Positions 39,998 to 51,035 are shown, counted from the whole stretch's first letter. The stretch: DNA of 62,897 bases, filler included, from 8 parts of 8 records of this genome joined end to end with filler, not necessarily neighbours in it; one strand, 5' to 3'. Made by a program: numbers and translations. Notes: generated from the sequence alone by a model not told the origin.

Positions 39998-40003
39998 TAA
40001 AGT

Positions 40004-40038
40004 AAAGCCGCTTGCTAGTTAAATAGCAAGCGGCTTTT
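40004..40038. terminator. Bidirectional terminator
   Basis: AAAGCCGCTTGCTA-gttaaa-TAGCAAGCGGCTTT. Confidence 0.85.
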
Positions 40039-40070
40039 ATACCTCAATTGAAAATTTTGAACTTCTCTAT

Positions 40071-40505
40071 TTATGAAAGCCAACCATTTCTTGTGGCTCC
40101 TTTACTATAAAAGTATTCAAAAATTGCAATAGCTATTACTATAAGCGGCATAATAAGAGCAGTTGGTCCCATAACCGTTACTATGTCCATTGCAAATACC
40201 CAGTATAATTGTAAAATTAGAATTGCAACTAATGAGATTGCAAAAACTGCGATCGAAAACTTTTTACGCATAAGCAGTAGTATGGATGCTAAAAAACCAC
40301 TAATTGTAGCTATACCATAAACAATCATATTCCATGAAGGTGAATTATTCATTAGTTCCACTTGTTCTGGCGGCAAAGTAGCTTTTAGTTCTTCCGTCAT
40401 TAAGAAACTATCAGAAACCCACAAGAATACTCCGATTAAATTCCATAAAACGGCGAGCACGGCGATTATCCAAAAAGCTGTATTTGGTTTGGTTGCGGTT
40501 GTCAT
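40071..40505 (-). CDS. Conserved 4-TM hypothetical protein
   Basis: FWII..LWNLIG, PSW, C-terminal GWL. Confidence 0.75.
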   Translation of the reverse strand: MTTATKPNTAFWIIAVLAVLWNLIGVFLWVSDSFLMTEELKATLPPEQVELMNNSPSWNMIVYGIATISGFLASILLLMRKKFSIAVFAISLVAILILQLYWVFAMDIVTVMGPTALIMPLIVIAIAIFEYFYSKGATRNGWLS

Positions 40506-40579
40506 ATTGATTTGGTTTTTGGTTAATTATAACTATAAAGATAAGTTTTTTAAATAATCTATATATTTACTTTAAAAAA

Positions 40580-41260
40580 ATGAACTTAACAATTCCTAAA
40601 GTACTCTTCGATTTTCTTTTAAAATTAAAAGCAAATAATAATAGAGAGTGGATGCTGGAGAATAAAAAAGAATATCTTGCTAATGAAAAAACACTAAAAA
40701 CATTTTATGAAGTTATAGAAAATGGTTTAAACAAAACTGATGAAATAAGTAAAGTAAAAATTTTTAGGATAAACAGAGACATCCGTTTTAGTAAAAATAA
40801 AACACCATATAACGTACATCGAAGCGTTAGTTTTAGCAGGGCAGGAGCTCAAAGGCGTGGCGGCTATTACCTTCGGTTAGAATCTGGAAATAGCTATATG
40901 GCTGGAGGTTTTTTTGATCCAAATTCAGCTGATTTATTACGTATTCGGAAAGAATTTGAAATGGATTCTTCAGAGATTAGAGATGTTTTGAATAAAAAAG
41001 AGTTCAAAAAAGCATTCGGAGGTTTTAATCAAGAAAATGCTGTAAAAACCGCTCCCAAAGGTTTTAATAAGGAAGATGAAAACATAGATTTAATAAGGCT
41101 TAAAAGTTATTTTGTAATACATCGTTTTACTGATGAGGAAGTTTTTGCGTCAGATTTCTCTAAAAAACTACTTTACCATTATCACTTACTTCTTCCATTT
41201 TTTGAATATATGAGTGAAGTACTAACAACAGATTTAAATGGAGTATCTTTAATCGATTAA
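40580..41260 (+). CDS. DUF2461-family protein
   Basis: LKANNNREW, FRINRDIRFSKNKTPY, KTAPKGF. Confidence 0.88.
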   Translation: MNLTIPKVLFDFLLKLKANNNREWMLENKKEYLANEKTLKTFYEVIENGLNKTDEISKVKIFRINRDIRFSKNKTPYNVHRSVSFSRAGAQRRGGYYLRLESGNSYMAGGFFDPNSADLLRIRKEFEMDSSEIRDVLNKKEFKKAFGGFNQENAVKTAPKGFNKEDENIDLIRLKSYFVIHRFTDEEVFASDFSKKLLYHYHLLLPFFEYMSEVLTTDLNGVSLID

Positions 41261-41272
41261 ACTTAATTGTAC

Positions 41273-41305
41273 AAAAAAAGCCCCCAATATTGGAGGCTTT
41301 TTTTT
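41273..41305. terminator. Bidirectional terminator
   Basis: A7-GCCCCCAA / TTGGAGGC-T8. Confidence 0.75.
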
Positions 41306-41320
41306 AATATAAATTCTAGT

Positions 41321-42610
41321 TTATTTTAATCTAAATGTTACTCTTCTTACAAGTTGTCTAGCTGGAGAAGAAGATTTCTCTACGCTAGCATCTTCGCCGT
41401 TTCCTGTATAAGATAATCTGCTTTCAGCAATTCCAGAGGCAATTAAAATATCATATACTCTTTTTGCTCTTTTCTTAGAAAGCTCAAGATTAAACTCAGG
41501 TTGACCAAGTTCATCTGCATATCCAATTAAATCAGCTGAAGCAGCCGTATTTTCTTGCATGTATTTTATCAAATAATTGATGGCGCTTAATGAATATGCT
41601 TCAGGTTTATCACTATTAAATTGAAAATATACATTTACATATCCTTTATTTATTAATTCTTCAATACTAATTCCCCCATTAATAATATAATCTTCTTCGT
41701 TTACATAACGGTTATCTAGAGAAGATTCAATTTCATCAGGAATATTATTATTGTTTTTGTCTACTGCAACACCTTTACTATCTACGGTTACACCAGACAT
41801 TGTATTTTGCTCACGGTCTAAGTAATTTGGAACTCCATCTTGATCTGAATCTATCAAATCTGATTCAAGTTTTGCTACTCTATCTTCAAGCCCAATTACC
41901 TTTTCTTTAAGCGAATTTTTTTCTGAATACCAATCTGCATGCTTTTCAGCATCGCCAAGGTAGAAACTAAGTCCTAAAGAAAAATTAACGGTAAATCCAT
42001 CAAGACCTCTAATGTGTGAAACTTCAGTGCCGTCCCAAGTTAATGTTTGTCTTGAGTGGCCTATTGCAGAAACATCTCCAAAAAGAGCAACTCCGTTACC
42101 AAGTTTCATTTGAGGTGTTACCCCAATCATAAAGTTTAGCATTTGGTCATTTACATCTAACTCAACAGGTTCGTTATAGTTAGCAAATGAGTAGCCGGCC
42201 CCTCCATGAACTAAAAGGCCAAATGTGCTTGTCCAATCTTGAAAGTTTAGCACACTTGTAAGGTTTATAACACCTTCAAGAGTACTTCTGTAATAAGTAG
42301 ATTTAAAAGGCAGACTATTGTCGTCGTTTTCTACACTGCCGTAACCAAGCCCTAGACGAAGTCCAAACTTATTATTAAACATATAGCGAACACCTAATCC
42401 AGCTTGCCCAAAACTTGGCGTACTAGTAGCATATCCGTCTGCAAAAGGTCTCGAAGGCTTGTGCATTCCGCCAGAAATTTCAATAGACCATTTGTCATAA
42501 TTATTTTCACTTCCTACTACTATTGAAGTTTCTTCTTGAACAGAGACTTCTTCCTGAGCAGTAAGTAAATAGCTCGTAAAAACTAAAAAAGGTAGTATTA
42601 ATTTTTTCAT
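41321..42610 (-). CDS. OmpA-family outer membrane protein
   Basis: Signal peptide, beta-barrel, DSDQDGVP repeat, VYFQFNS..GYAD..N.ELSKKRA..RRV. Confidence 0.92.
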   Translation of the reverse strand: MKKLILPFLVFTSYLLTAQEEVSVQEETSIVVGSENNYDKWSIEISGGMHKPSRPFADGYATSTPSFGQAGLGVRYMFNNKFGLRLGLGYGSVENDDNSLPFKSTYYRSTLEGVINLTSVLNFQDWTSTFGLLVHGGAGYSFANYNEPVELDVNDQMLNFMIGVTPQMKLGNGVALFGDVSAIGHSRQTLTWDGTEVSHIRGLDGFTVNFSLGLSFYLGDAEKHADWYSEKNSLKEKVIGLEDRVAKLESDLIDSDQDGVPNYLDREQNTMSGVTVDSKGVAVDKNNNNIPDEIESSLDNRYVNEEDYIINGGISIEELINKGYVNVYFQFNSDKPEAYSLSAINYLIKYMQENTAASADLIGYADELGQPEFNLELSKKRAKRVYDILIASGIAESRLSYTGNGEDASVEKSSSPARQLVRRVTFRLK

Positions 42611-42725
42611 AATTGTTGGTGTTAGTGTGCAAAAATACTTACAAAATGTAAAACCAACATAATCTTGTTGAAAATTAATTATAATTTAACAGGAAAATTA
42701 TGAAAAAATTAGGTATAACTAATTG

Positions 42726-43142
42726 TTATTGAGCCTTTAAGAAGGTTTTATGTTCGAAGAACAATAAATTATCTTTTAGACGTTCCTTAACAATATCCAT
42801 CATCCTTTTATTTAACGCAGATGAATTTTGAATGTAAAGTTCAAACTCATTAAGTGTAAACTGTCCAATAATGATTCCTTTTAATGAATTTCGGAATTTC
42901 ATATCCTTATGAATAGCATTTTCTATATAATCTAACTTTTTTTCTACATTAAGATCATAAAAAACATTTTTGTGCTTTACCACATAATTTTTAAAAGCCG
43001 CCAGTAACAATTCATGCTGAAGTTTCACTACAGGCCTTAATGTTTTATTTTGAAAACATTCATCGGCAGACATATTTGTAGTGATTTTTGCTGAAGAAAT
43101 TTCGGGGCGCATACTTAGTAATAGACTATCTCTTGTTTCCAT
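42726..43142 (-). CDS. Conserved hypothetical protein
   Basis: Clean 138-aa ORF, FQNKTLRPVVKLQ motif. Confidence 0.7.
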   Translation of the reverse strand: METRDSLLLSMRPEISSAKITTNMSADECFQNKTLRPVVKLQHELLLAAFKNYVVKHKNVFYDLNVEKKLDYIENAIHKDMKFRNSLKGIIIGQFTLNEFELYIQNSSALNKRMMDIVKERLKDNLLFFEHKTFLKAQ

Positions 43143-43312
43143 AGTATGTTTTTTTATAAAATTAAAGATTAACCAAGGTGTATTTATAAATACTTCGATT
43201 AGTTATAAACGTTGTTTTCAACAATACAGAAGAATGTTATCTTTGAATTTATTGGAATAAACAAAAAACCTTTTTCCAGTTTTTAAGAATTAATCCTCAA
43301 CTTGAATTTATA

Positions 43313-44863
43313 ATGAAAATATTTTCTTCAGAACAATTATACGAAGCCGATACAATTACAATCGAAAATCAAAATATTACTTCAGAAGCTTTAATAGAAC
43401 GTGCTGGCACACAAATATTTAATTGGTTACATCAACGTTTACGCGGCGCTCAGGTTCCTATTCGTGTTTTTTGCGGTATTGGAAATAACGGGGGTGATGG
43501 GTTAGTTGTAGGAAGACTTCTGATTGAACATGGTTATAATGTAACCATGTATGTAGTAAACTGTAGCGATAAAAGATCTAAAAACTTTCTGTTGAACTAC
43601 GACAAGATTAAAAACATAACAAAAAAATGGCCGCATTTAATGAAAGGAGAAGGAGATTTTCCTGAAATAAATCCAGAAGATATTATTGTGGATGCTATTT
43701 TTGGAATTGGTCTTAATCGCTGTCCTGACGGCTGGGTTAAAAAGCTAATCCAGCATATAAATGTGAGTAAAACCTTTAAACTTGCAATTGATATTCCGAG
43801 TGGATTATTTCCTAATTCGGCAGTAAAAGACAAAGAAGCAATTTTGAAAGCCAATCACACATTGACGTTTCAAACACCTAAACTAGCTTTCTTCTTACCC
43901 GAAACCGCTCCTTTTGTTTCAAACTTTGATATTTTAGATATTGGGTTGGATCGTGCATTTTTAAATACAACCGAACCTTTGGCACAACTTATTTCAAAAA
44001 TAGAAGCACAACGATTTTACCAACCGCGTGAAAAATTTGGACATAAAGGCACATACGGTCACACATTAATTGTTGCAGGTAGTTATGGGAAAATTGGAGC
44101 TGCCGTACTTTCAACTACTGCAGCTTTTAGAATTGGCGCAGGTATGGTAACCACATTTGTGCCTAAATGTGGCTATACAATTTTGCAAACGGCTATACCT
44201 GAAGCAATGGTAATTACCGATAGTCAGGAAGAATTTATAAGTGCTATTTCAATCGATTTTGAACCTTCTGCAATCGCAGTTGGGATGGGTATTGGAAAAA
44301 ATAACGCTACCGCCGAAGCATTAAAAAATCTTTTTAAAACGCATAATACACCTTTTGTTGTTGATGCAGATGCGTTAAATATTATTTCTGAAAATGAAGA
44401 TTTATTGAAATTCCTTCCGAAGAATTCAATTTTAACACCACACCCTGGTGAATTAAAACGATTAATTGGTGAATGGAAAGATGATTATGAAAAACTTGAA
44501 AAAACAAAAGAATTTTCAAAAAAACACGAAGTTGTAATTGTAATTAAAGGTGCATATTCCATTATTGTTTATGGTGAAAAAACGTATATTAATACCTCAG
44601 GAAATCCAGGAATGGCAACTGCTGGAAGTGGCGATGCTTTAAGCGGAATTATTGCAGGCTTGCTTTCTCAAGGCTACGATCCTTTGTTAGCTTCGGTTTT
44701 TGGGGTATATATTCACGGCAGTGCTGGCGATATCGCTCTAGACCAAATGGGTTATGAAGCTATTATGGCAGGCGATATTATTGATAATCTATCAGCAGCA
44801 TATTTAGAATTATTTGCATCCGATGAGCAAGAAGTTGAAAAAAATTCTTCAGAAAAAAAATAG
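43313..44863 (+). CDS. nnr: Bifunctional NAD(P)H-hydrate epimerase/dehydratase
   Basis: GIGNNGGDG, DAIFGIG, DIPSG; HKGTYG, DADAL, TPHPGE, MATAGSGD. Confidence 0.93.
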   Translation: MKIFSSEQLYEADTITIENQNITSEALIERAGTQIFNWLHQRLRGAQVPIRVFCGIGNNGGDGLVVGRLLIEHGYNVTMYVVNCSDKRSKNFLLNYDKIKNITKKWPHLMKGEGDFPEINPEDIIVDAIFGIGLNRCPDGWVKKLIQHINVSKTFKLAIDIPSGLFPNSAVKDKEAILKANHTLTFQTPKLAFFLPETAPFVSNFDILDIGLDRAFLNTTEPLAQLISKIEAQRFYQPREKFGHKGTYGHTLIVAGSYGKIGAAVLSTTAAFRIGAGMVTTFVPKCGYTILQTAIPEAMVITDSQEEFISAISIDFEPSAIAVGMGIGKNNATAEALKNLFKTHNTPFVVDADALNIISENEDLLKFLPKNSILTPHPGELKRLIGEWKDDYEKLEKTKEFSKKHEVVIVIKGAYSIIVYGEKTYINTSGNPGMATAGSGDALSGIIAGLLSQGYDPLLASVFGVYIHGSAGDIALDQMGYEAIMAGDIIDNLSAAYLELFASDEQEVEKNSSEKK

Positions 44864-44902
44864 CCACGAATACATAACTTTTTATGGATTCGTGGCTAAA
44901 AA
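44853..44902. terminator. Terminator hairpin between convergent genes
   Basis: TAGCCACGAAT..ATTCGTGGCTA preceded by A8. Confidence 0.7.
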
Positions 44903-44917
44903 TAGATTAAAAAGCTA

Positions 44918-46285
44918 TTACATTAGTTCATCAAATGTTTTTCTCAATTCAGGATCTGATGGTCTTGGCGCATCTGCTGAAACAATATTTCCTTGTGGAT
45001 CGATTAAAATAAATCTTGGAATTCCAAGGATAGCATAATCTTCAACAAATTTAGATTTCCAGTTATTGTCAGCCATCAATTGGATTCCGCCTAAATCCTT
45101 TTCAGTAACCATTGCTTTCCATTTGTCATAATCCTTAGGCTCGTCAATAGAAATACTTACAACCTGTATGTTCTTAGTTATATAATCCTTTTCAATTTCC
45201 TTCAATGAAGGGATTTCACGAATACACGGGCCACACCAGGTTGCCCAAACATCTACATAAACATATTTTCCTTTTAAATCTTCCAAAGCTGTAGTTCCAC
45301 CTTTATGATTTTCATAATTGAAAGTAGGGGAAGGGTTTCCAGCAGTAAGCGTGCTTAATTTAGTATAGCGTTCTGTTAGTTTTGCAAGATTTTCAGGATT
45401 AGGCTCACTGTTTTTGTAAATTGTAAAAGCTTCTTCTAACGACTCGTCTGGCTTAAGGCCAAACTGTAAGTAGGAGCTCATCAAATTATCTTTTGCATAG
45501 CCATTAGGTAATGCTTCGTCCACTTTTTTCAGAAAAAGTACAGTTTGGTTTTTTGCATCATCTTCAGTTGTTTCTTCGCTTACCAGTCTGTTGTAATGTG
45601 TTTCAAGTAAATTTTGGTAGGAAGTAGAATTGCGATACGCAACAGTATCTTGATAGTTTATGCCCTTTATTTGATCGTAAAAACCTTCTGAAACCTTAAA
45701 GTCTTCCTTCCCAGAGTAATAACTGTGAGCGTCTTTGTAATTTTCTATCATTATTGCGTGAGAATATTTATCTTCTTCAGCGAGCATATTTTTAAAAGCA
45801 TTGTTTTCTATTTTGTAGGAATCATAAATGCTGTCTACACTTTTTTTATTGTTGCTTAATTCACTTAAAAACTCTTTTTCATCTAATAAGAAAGTTTCTT
45901 TAAAATTCATGTTTTGTTCATTCCAAAGGTATTTTGTAGCTAAAAAATTATTTACAGAAGCCAAATCTCCAGAATATTTCAGTGATTCATCAAATTCATC
46001 TGCATTCAAATTAACTGTAAGGTTTTTGCCTTTTTCAAGATAAATTCCAGTGCGTTCTCGTCCCACAAAAAGATCATAAAATCCATCATTTTTTAAATGA
46101 AGTGTATCTGCGAATGTGCCATTTTCATTTATGGCGATACGAGCTTCAAAATCATTTCCGCGAATCACTGCAGTTTCAGCGGCATTATTTTCAACAGTTC
46201 CATTAATCAGAGAATATTCTATTTTCACTTCTTGCTTACACGAGATAATGAAAAGCATTAAAAAGACTATGCTTAATTTTTTCAT
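44918..46285 (-). CDS. TlpA-family thiol:disulfide oxidoreductase lipoprotein
   Basis: Lipobox IISC, DVWATWCGPC, IPRFILID. Confidence 0.9.
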   Translation of the reverse strand: MKKLSIVFLMLFIISCKQEVKIEYSLINGTVENNAAETAVIRGNDFEARIAINENGTFADTLHLKNDGFYDLFVGRERTGIYLEKGKNLTVNLNADEFDESLKYSGDLASVNNFLATKYLWNEQNMNFKETFLLDEKEFLSELSNNKKSVDSIYDSYKIENNAFKNMLAEEDKYSHAIMIENYKDAHSYYSGKEDFKVSEGFYDQIKGINYQDTVAYRNSTSYQNLLETHYNRLVSEETTEDDAKNQTVLFLKKVDEALPNGYAKDNLMSSYLQFGLKPDESLEEAFTIYKNSEPNPENLAKLTERYTKLSTLTAGNPSPTFNYENHKGGTTALEDLKGKYVYVDVWATWCGPCIREIPSLKEIEKDYITKNIQVVSISIDEPKDYDKWKAMVTEKDLGGIQLMADNNWKSKFVEDYAILGIPRFILIDPQGNIVSADAPRPSDPELRKTFDELM

Positions 46286-46466
46286 TTATATAAAATTTAG
46301 GTTGGTGTAAATTTACATATTGCTTTGTCATTTCAGTTTATTAATAGGTATAATTTTATGTTATTCTTTTAATAATAAATGTTGTGTTTAGTAAGTTTTT
46401 GAAAGAAATAAAGAGTGTCAGAGCAATTAAAAATCTGTATTTTTGTGAAAAGAATACCACTACCTA

Positions 46467-47978
46467 ATGCAAGAAGTACATTATATAAGCTCAGAAATCC
46501 TTGATTTAGTCTTAGTCAAGGAAATAATTGACAATCATAAAACCTTAGCGCTTTCAGAAGAAGCAGAATTAAACATAAAAAAAGCCAGAGAATATCTTGT
46601 TGAAAAAATGAGAGACAACGACACTCCTGTGTATGGTATAAATACTGGGTTTGGATCTTTGTGTAATGTAAAAATTACTTCAGAAAATCTTTCTAAACTT
46701 CAAGAAAACTTGGTAATGTCTCACGCTTGTGGAACAGGGGAGTTGGTTCCAAAACCAATAATAAAATTGATGCTTTTATTGAAAATTCAATCGTTAAGCT
46801 ATGGGTATAGTGGCGTTCAGATTGAAACTGTACAGCGATTGATTGACTTTTATAATAATGACATTTTACCGGTTATTTATACACAAGGAAGCCTTGGCGC
46901 TTCTGGTGATTTGGCTCCTTTGGCACATTTATCGTTGCCTTTACTTGGAAAAGGAGAAGTTTATTATGAAGGAAAACGAGTTTCTTCACAAAAAATAATG
47001 GAGAAATTTGATTGGAAGCCTATCGTTTTACAAGCAAAAGAAGGACTTGCATTATTAAATGGAACTCAATTTATGAGCGCCTACGGTGTATATTGTCTTC
47101 TAAAAAGCTATAAACTTTCCTATCTGGCTGATTTAATTGGCGCGGTTTCAGTTGATGCTTTTGATTGTAATATGAGCCCATACAATGCGCTGGTACATTT
47201 GGTAAGACCTCATCGAGGTCAGGTTAAAACTGCTGAACGCATTTTAGAATTTTTGGATGCTAGTGAATTAGGGCTTTCAGAAAAGAAAAATGTTCAAGAT
47301 CCATATTCTTTCCGTTGTATTCCGCAAGTTCATGGAGCAACAAAAGATACTTTACAATTTGTACACAAAACGTTTAAAACTGAAATTAATTCAGTAACAG
47401 ACAATCCGAATATATTTGTAAAAGAAGATTTAATAATTTCTGGAGGAAATTTTCACGGACAACCCCTAGCATTGGCGTTAGACTACCTTTCTATCGCAAT
47501 GGCGGAATTAGGAAATATTTCAGAAAGAAGAACATATCAACTTGTTTCAGGCTTACGCGATTTACCGGCATTTTTGGTTGATAATCCTGGCCTTAATAGC
47601 GGTTTTATGATTCCACAATATACCGCAGCAAGTATTGTAAGTCAAAATAAACAATTGGCAACTCCAGCTTCGGTAGATTCTATTGTTTCTTCAAATGGGC
47701 AAGAAGATCATGTAAGTATGGGAGCTAACGGAGCTACAAAATGTTTGCGTGTTATAGAAAATATTGAAACTATACTTGCTATTGAATTAATGAACGCTTC
47801 GCAAGCTTTAAGCTTTAGACAGCCTAAAAAATCATCACCCTTTGTGGAGTCTTTTTTGAAACCCTATCGTTCAGTAGTTACTTTTATTGAAAATGATCGA
47901 TTATTAGCAGACGATATTCATGCTAGCGTTGCATTTTTACAATCTTTAGATGTAGATAGTGAAATTCTTTTTGGGTAG
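46467..47978 (+). CDS. hutH: Histidine ammonia-lyase
   Basis: YGINTGFG, GASGDLAPL (MIO), QDPYSFRC, SGGNFHG, QEDHVSM. Confidence 0.93.
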   Translation: MQEVHYISSEILDLVLVKEIIDNHKTLALSEEAELNIKKAREYLVEKMRDNDTPVYGINTGFGSLCNVKITSENLSKLQENLVMSHACGTGELVPKPIIKLMLLLKIQSLSYGYSGVQIETVQRLIDFYNNDILPVIYTQGSLGASGDLAPLAHLSLPLLGKGEVYYEGKRVSSQKIMEKFDWKPIVLQAKEGLALLNGTQFMSAYGVYCLLKSYKLSYLADLIGAVSVDAFDCNMSPYNALVHLVRPHRGQVKTAERILEFLDASELGLSEKKNVQDPYSFRCIPQVHGATKDTLQFVHKTFKTEINSVTDNPNIFVKEDLIISGGNFHGQPLALALDYLSIAMAELGNISERRTYQLVSGLRDLPAFLVDNPGLNSGFMIPQYTAASIVSQNKQLATPASVDSIVSSNGQEDHVSMGANGATKCLRVIENIETILAIELMNASQALSFRQPKKSSPFVESFLKPYRSVVTFIENDRLLADDIHASVAFLQSLDVDSEILFG

Positions 47979-47998
47979 ATTAACACTAAATTAAAGTT

Positions 47999-48886
47999 AT
48001 GAAGAATAGGTTATTATATTCAGTGATAGTAATGATTGTTGGTCTAACGACGTATTCTCAAAATTACAAACCATTGCTTGATAATTTGAATGAATGGCAT
48101 TTCACATCCTGTTATTCAGGTTGCTTAACGGATGTATATTATACTGATGGTGATACAATTGTAAATGGGAAAAACTATAAAATTTTAGATGGCTTTCATT
48201 TTATATCCCGCACTTTTTTACTTCGTGAAGAAGTCGCAAATAAAAAGGTTTACTTAAATTTTATATCCGCAGGTTCTAGTGAAGAATTTCTATTGTATGA
48301 TTTCTCCTTAAATGAAGGAGATACATTTAATATGCTTAATCCCGTTTCTCCTTTTCCAAGTGATGGCGGTCCTTTTATTTTAGATGCTATTTTTGAGGAA
48401 ACCCTTGCAGATGGTAATGATTATAGGCATTTCTATTTTACTCCAGCTCCAGGAAACACAGTAAGTACAGAAAATGCTGTTTGGGTTGAAGGCGTTGGTT
48501 CTTTATCTTTAATTAACGCTCCAGGGGGACATCCTAATATTAATAAAGCGGGGCATTTAAGTTGTTTTTTTAAAAATACAGAAGTGTTCTATGCTAACTT
48601 AGATTCAATAAGTAATTGCAGTCCAATTCATTTAGAAGTTGAAAAATATAGTTTAAATGCTGTTAAGCTCACTAAAGTTTTAAACGAAGATGTGTGTGTG
48701 ATAAACAACGCTAAGAATATTAAAAACTTAAGTGTTTATGATATTTCTGGAAAAAAATTAAAACATATAAATAATTTTGGTGAAAACACTCTAAAAGTTG
48801 ATTTGTCAAGTTTTAAAACCGGTTTGTATATTCTATTGGCCACTGCTGAAAATTCAAATAGAAAATCTTTTAAAGTTATAAAATAA
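47999..48886 (+). CDS. Secreted protein with probable T9SS C-terminal domain
   Basis: Signal peptide, GDTIVNGK.Y, LYDFSL, WVEGVG, tail YDISGK..GLYIL..KVIK. Confidence 0.8.
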   Translation: MKNRLLYSVIVMIVGLTTYSQNYKPLLDNLNEWHFTSCYSGCLTDVYYTDGDTIVNGKNYKILDGFHFISRTFLLREEVANKKVYLNFISAGSSEEFLLYDFSLNEGDTFNMLNPVSPFPSDGGPFILDAIFEETLADGNDYRHFYFTPAPGNTVSTENAVWVEGVGSLSLINAPGGHPNINKAGHLSCFFKNTEVFYANLDSISNCSPIHLEVEKYSLNAVKLTKVLNEDVCVINNAKNIKNLSVYDISGKKLKHINNFGENTLKVDLSSFKTGLYILLATAENSNRKSFKVIK

Positions 48887-49265
48887 CCTTATTTTCATTT
48901 TGAGCAATTATCTCGTAAACCCATAATTTAGCATCATCTAAATTATTGAAATGCTTAAATGGTTTTGTATAAAACCTTTTCTCTAATTCTACATTAGTGC
49001 ATTTAATTCCATCGGAAGAAACAACTGCAAAAGCGACCAAGGTTTCTATTTTTGAAGTTTTCAAATAAATTAACGGGTCAACAGCATATGAGTTTCTTCG
49101 AAATGATATATACCCAAATAATTTATCTTTATAATATTTTTCTGAAATATTTTTTAAATCCTTAAAGTATTCACTTTTTATACTCACGCCTTCATTCATT
49201 ACGGCAACAACAAAATTGCTAAATATGCGAACCTCACCAAATTCAAAATATAAAGTGTCAATCAT
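48876..49265 (-). CDS. Hypothetical STAS/SpoIIAA-like protein
   Basis: YISFRRNSYAVDP, F...DAKLW. Confidence 0.6.
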   Translation of the reverse strand: MIDTLYFEFGEVRIFSNFVVAVMNEGVSIKSEYFKDLKNISEKYYKDKLFGYISFRRNSYAVDPLIYLKTSKIETLVAFAVVSSDGIKCTNVELEKRFYTKPFKHFNNLDDAKLWVYEIIAQNENKVIL

Positions 49266-49357
49266 AAAAGTATGTGTATTTAAAATGTAATTTACAATAT
49301 TTTCTTAAGTGTGAATTCTGAACTTATTTTTTAATAATAAGCAATAGAATGCTAAAT

Positions 49358-49389
49358 AAAAAATCCTCAAGATTACTTGAGGATTTTTT
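49358..49389. terminator. Terminator downstream of the clp gene
   Basis: AAAAAATCCTCAAG-atta-CTTGAGGATTTTTT. Confidence 0.85.
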
Positions 49390-49406
49390 AGTGTCAACTC
49401 AAAATT

Positions 49407-49639
49407 TTACGATTCAGTTGTTTTTTTCTGTTTCTTAATTTTTATGGTAAGTTCATTTGTTTTTTCATCCAAATCCATTGTAATAACATCACCTTCTTGA
49501 AGGCTACTATTTATTATTTCTTCAGCCAATGCATCTTCTATATACTTTTGAATAGCTCTGTTTAAAGGCCTTGCGCCGTATTGCTTGTCAAATCCTTTAT
49601 CGGCAATATAGTCTTTTGCTTTCTCAGAAAGTTTAAGCT
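49407..49639 (-). CDS. clpC: Clp ATPase (ClpC-like) C-terminus (5' truncated)
   Basis: KGFDKQYGARPLKRAIQKYIEDALAEEI; not in the ORF track. Confidence 0.8.
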
Positions 49640-49739
49640 NNNNNNNNNNNNNNNNNNNNNNNNNNNNNNNNNNNNNNNNNNNNTTAATTAATTAANNNNN
49701 NNNNNNNNNNNNNNNNNNNNNNNNNNNNNNNNNNNNNNN
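49640..49739. other. Artificial contig-joining spacer
   Basis: N44-TTAATTAATTAA-N44. Confidence 0.98.
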
Positions 49740-49881
49740 AGCGTTAACAAACCACGTCTTTGCCACAAATTTCCTGCCATGACCATGGATCAGCGCCCCC
49801 ATGCGCCTTTGTCAATCAACGCAGAAGGAAGCCCACGGAATTTTGGATGAAACGCAACTTACTAAACACCTCAAAACAAAC

Positions 49882-49911
49882 AAAAATCCCCCGGATAAAT
49901 TCCGAGGGATT
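49882..49911 (-). terminator. Intrinsic terminator
   Basis: AATCCCCCGGA / TCCGAGGGATT with an A-run that reads as a U-tract on minus. Confidence 0.65.
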
Positions 49912-49952
49912 CTTAATTTACCGACGCCAACTTTTGGCCTTAGGAACCCGTT

Positions 49953-51035
49953 TTAACGATTCGCTTCGTAATAACGGCCGAACCTGTTGGCAAGAAGGTC
50001 ATCTAGTTTGACTTCTTCCTGACGCACATAGCCTGCCCCCGGCAAGGTCCCGGTCAAAACCATATCCATCACGGCGCAAAGCCCGGCAGATGTCGTAATC
50101 TGGATTGCCGACCAGTTTTTGCCGCCAATTTCAGTGCCGTGAACTTTGCGGATGAAGTTTTCTTCGCACAGCTCGCCATTACGGGTACCGATTGCATCGG
50201 CGAAAATTACGATCACATCCTGCTGCGTCACCGGAAGTGCGTTTTCAAAAATTTCTTTCATCATATCGGGGCGTTCGCCCAAGCGCAGATCTTCAATCAG
50301 GATTTTCAGAATTTCCTGATGCCCGGGATAGCGCACAGTTTTGTAATCAAGATTATCGACCTTACCGTCAAGCATGTCGCACAATGCGCCAACACCGCCT
50401 GATGTATTAAAGGCCTCATACTCCGTACCATCGATTGTAAAGCGCTCATAGCCTTCTAACGGCAACACTTCGACCCGTTTGCCATTCAGGATCGCTTCGC
50501 ATGGATTTAGATATTCATTGATCAGCCCATCGGTCGACCATGTCAGATTGTATTTCAAACGGTTGGTCGGGTTTTGCGGCAAGGCACCTACACGCAAACG
50601 CAGCTTTTTAACCGTATCAAACCGCTTGAACAGATCATGCGCAGCAATTGAAATAAAGCCCGGCGCCAGACCACATTGTGGAACAAAAGCCCCACCGGCA
50701 CCCTTGGAAATTTCCCGAATGGCGCGGGTGGTTTCGACATCTTCCGTCACGTCAAAATAAGATGCGCCAACCGCACGTGCCACACGGGCAATCGCCACAT
50801 TCAGATAAAACGGACAAGTCGACAAGATCGCATCATGACCAGTTGCGACTTCGGTCAAGGCAGCCTCATCTGTAACATCAACCTTTATCAGGGTTGCAGC
50901 ATGATCTTGCGCGCAATATTCCAGCATATCGCCATTGGCATCGGCCAAGGTTACCGCATAATCGCCGCTTTCATTAAGCATCACGGCCGCCATACGCCCG
51001 ATTTTACCGGCACCAAGGATCAAAATCTTTTTCAT
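49953..51035 (-). CDS. Saccharopine dehydrogenase family protein (lysine 6-dehydrogenase-like)
   Basis: GAGKIG, CGLAPGF, RVGALP, TWSTDGLINEY, EAFNTSGG, YKTVRYPGH; start at MKKILILG. Confidence 0.88.
   Translation of the reverse strand: MKKILILGAGKIGRMAAVMLNESGDYAVTLADANGDMLEYCAQDHAATLIKVDVTDEAALTEVATGHDAILSTCPFYLNVAIARVARAVGASYFDVTEDVETTRAIREISKGAGGAFVPQCGLAPGFISIAAHDLFKRFDTVKKLRLRVGALPQNPTNRLKYNLTWSTDGLINEYLNPCEAILNGKRVEVLPLEGYERFTIDGTEYEAFNTSGGVGALCDMLDGKVDNLDYKTVRYPGHQEILKILIEDLRLGERPDMMKEIFENALPVTQQDVIVIFADAIGTRNGELCEENFIRKVHGTEIGGKNWSAIQITTSAGLCAVMDMVLTGTLPGAGYVRQEEVKLDDLLANRFGRYYEANR

Noticed and set aside
46467-47978. hutH without hutU/I/G neighbours; possible secondary-metabolite ammonia-lyase
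   Set aside because: The sequence looks like an ordinary HAL, and no biosynthetic genes are nearby
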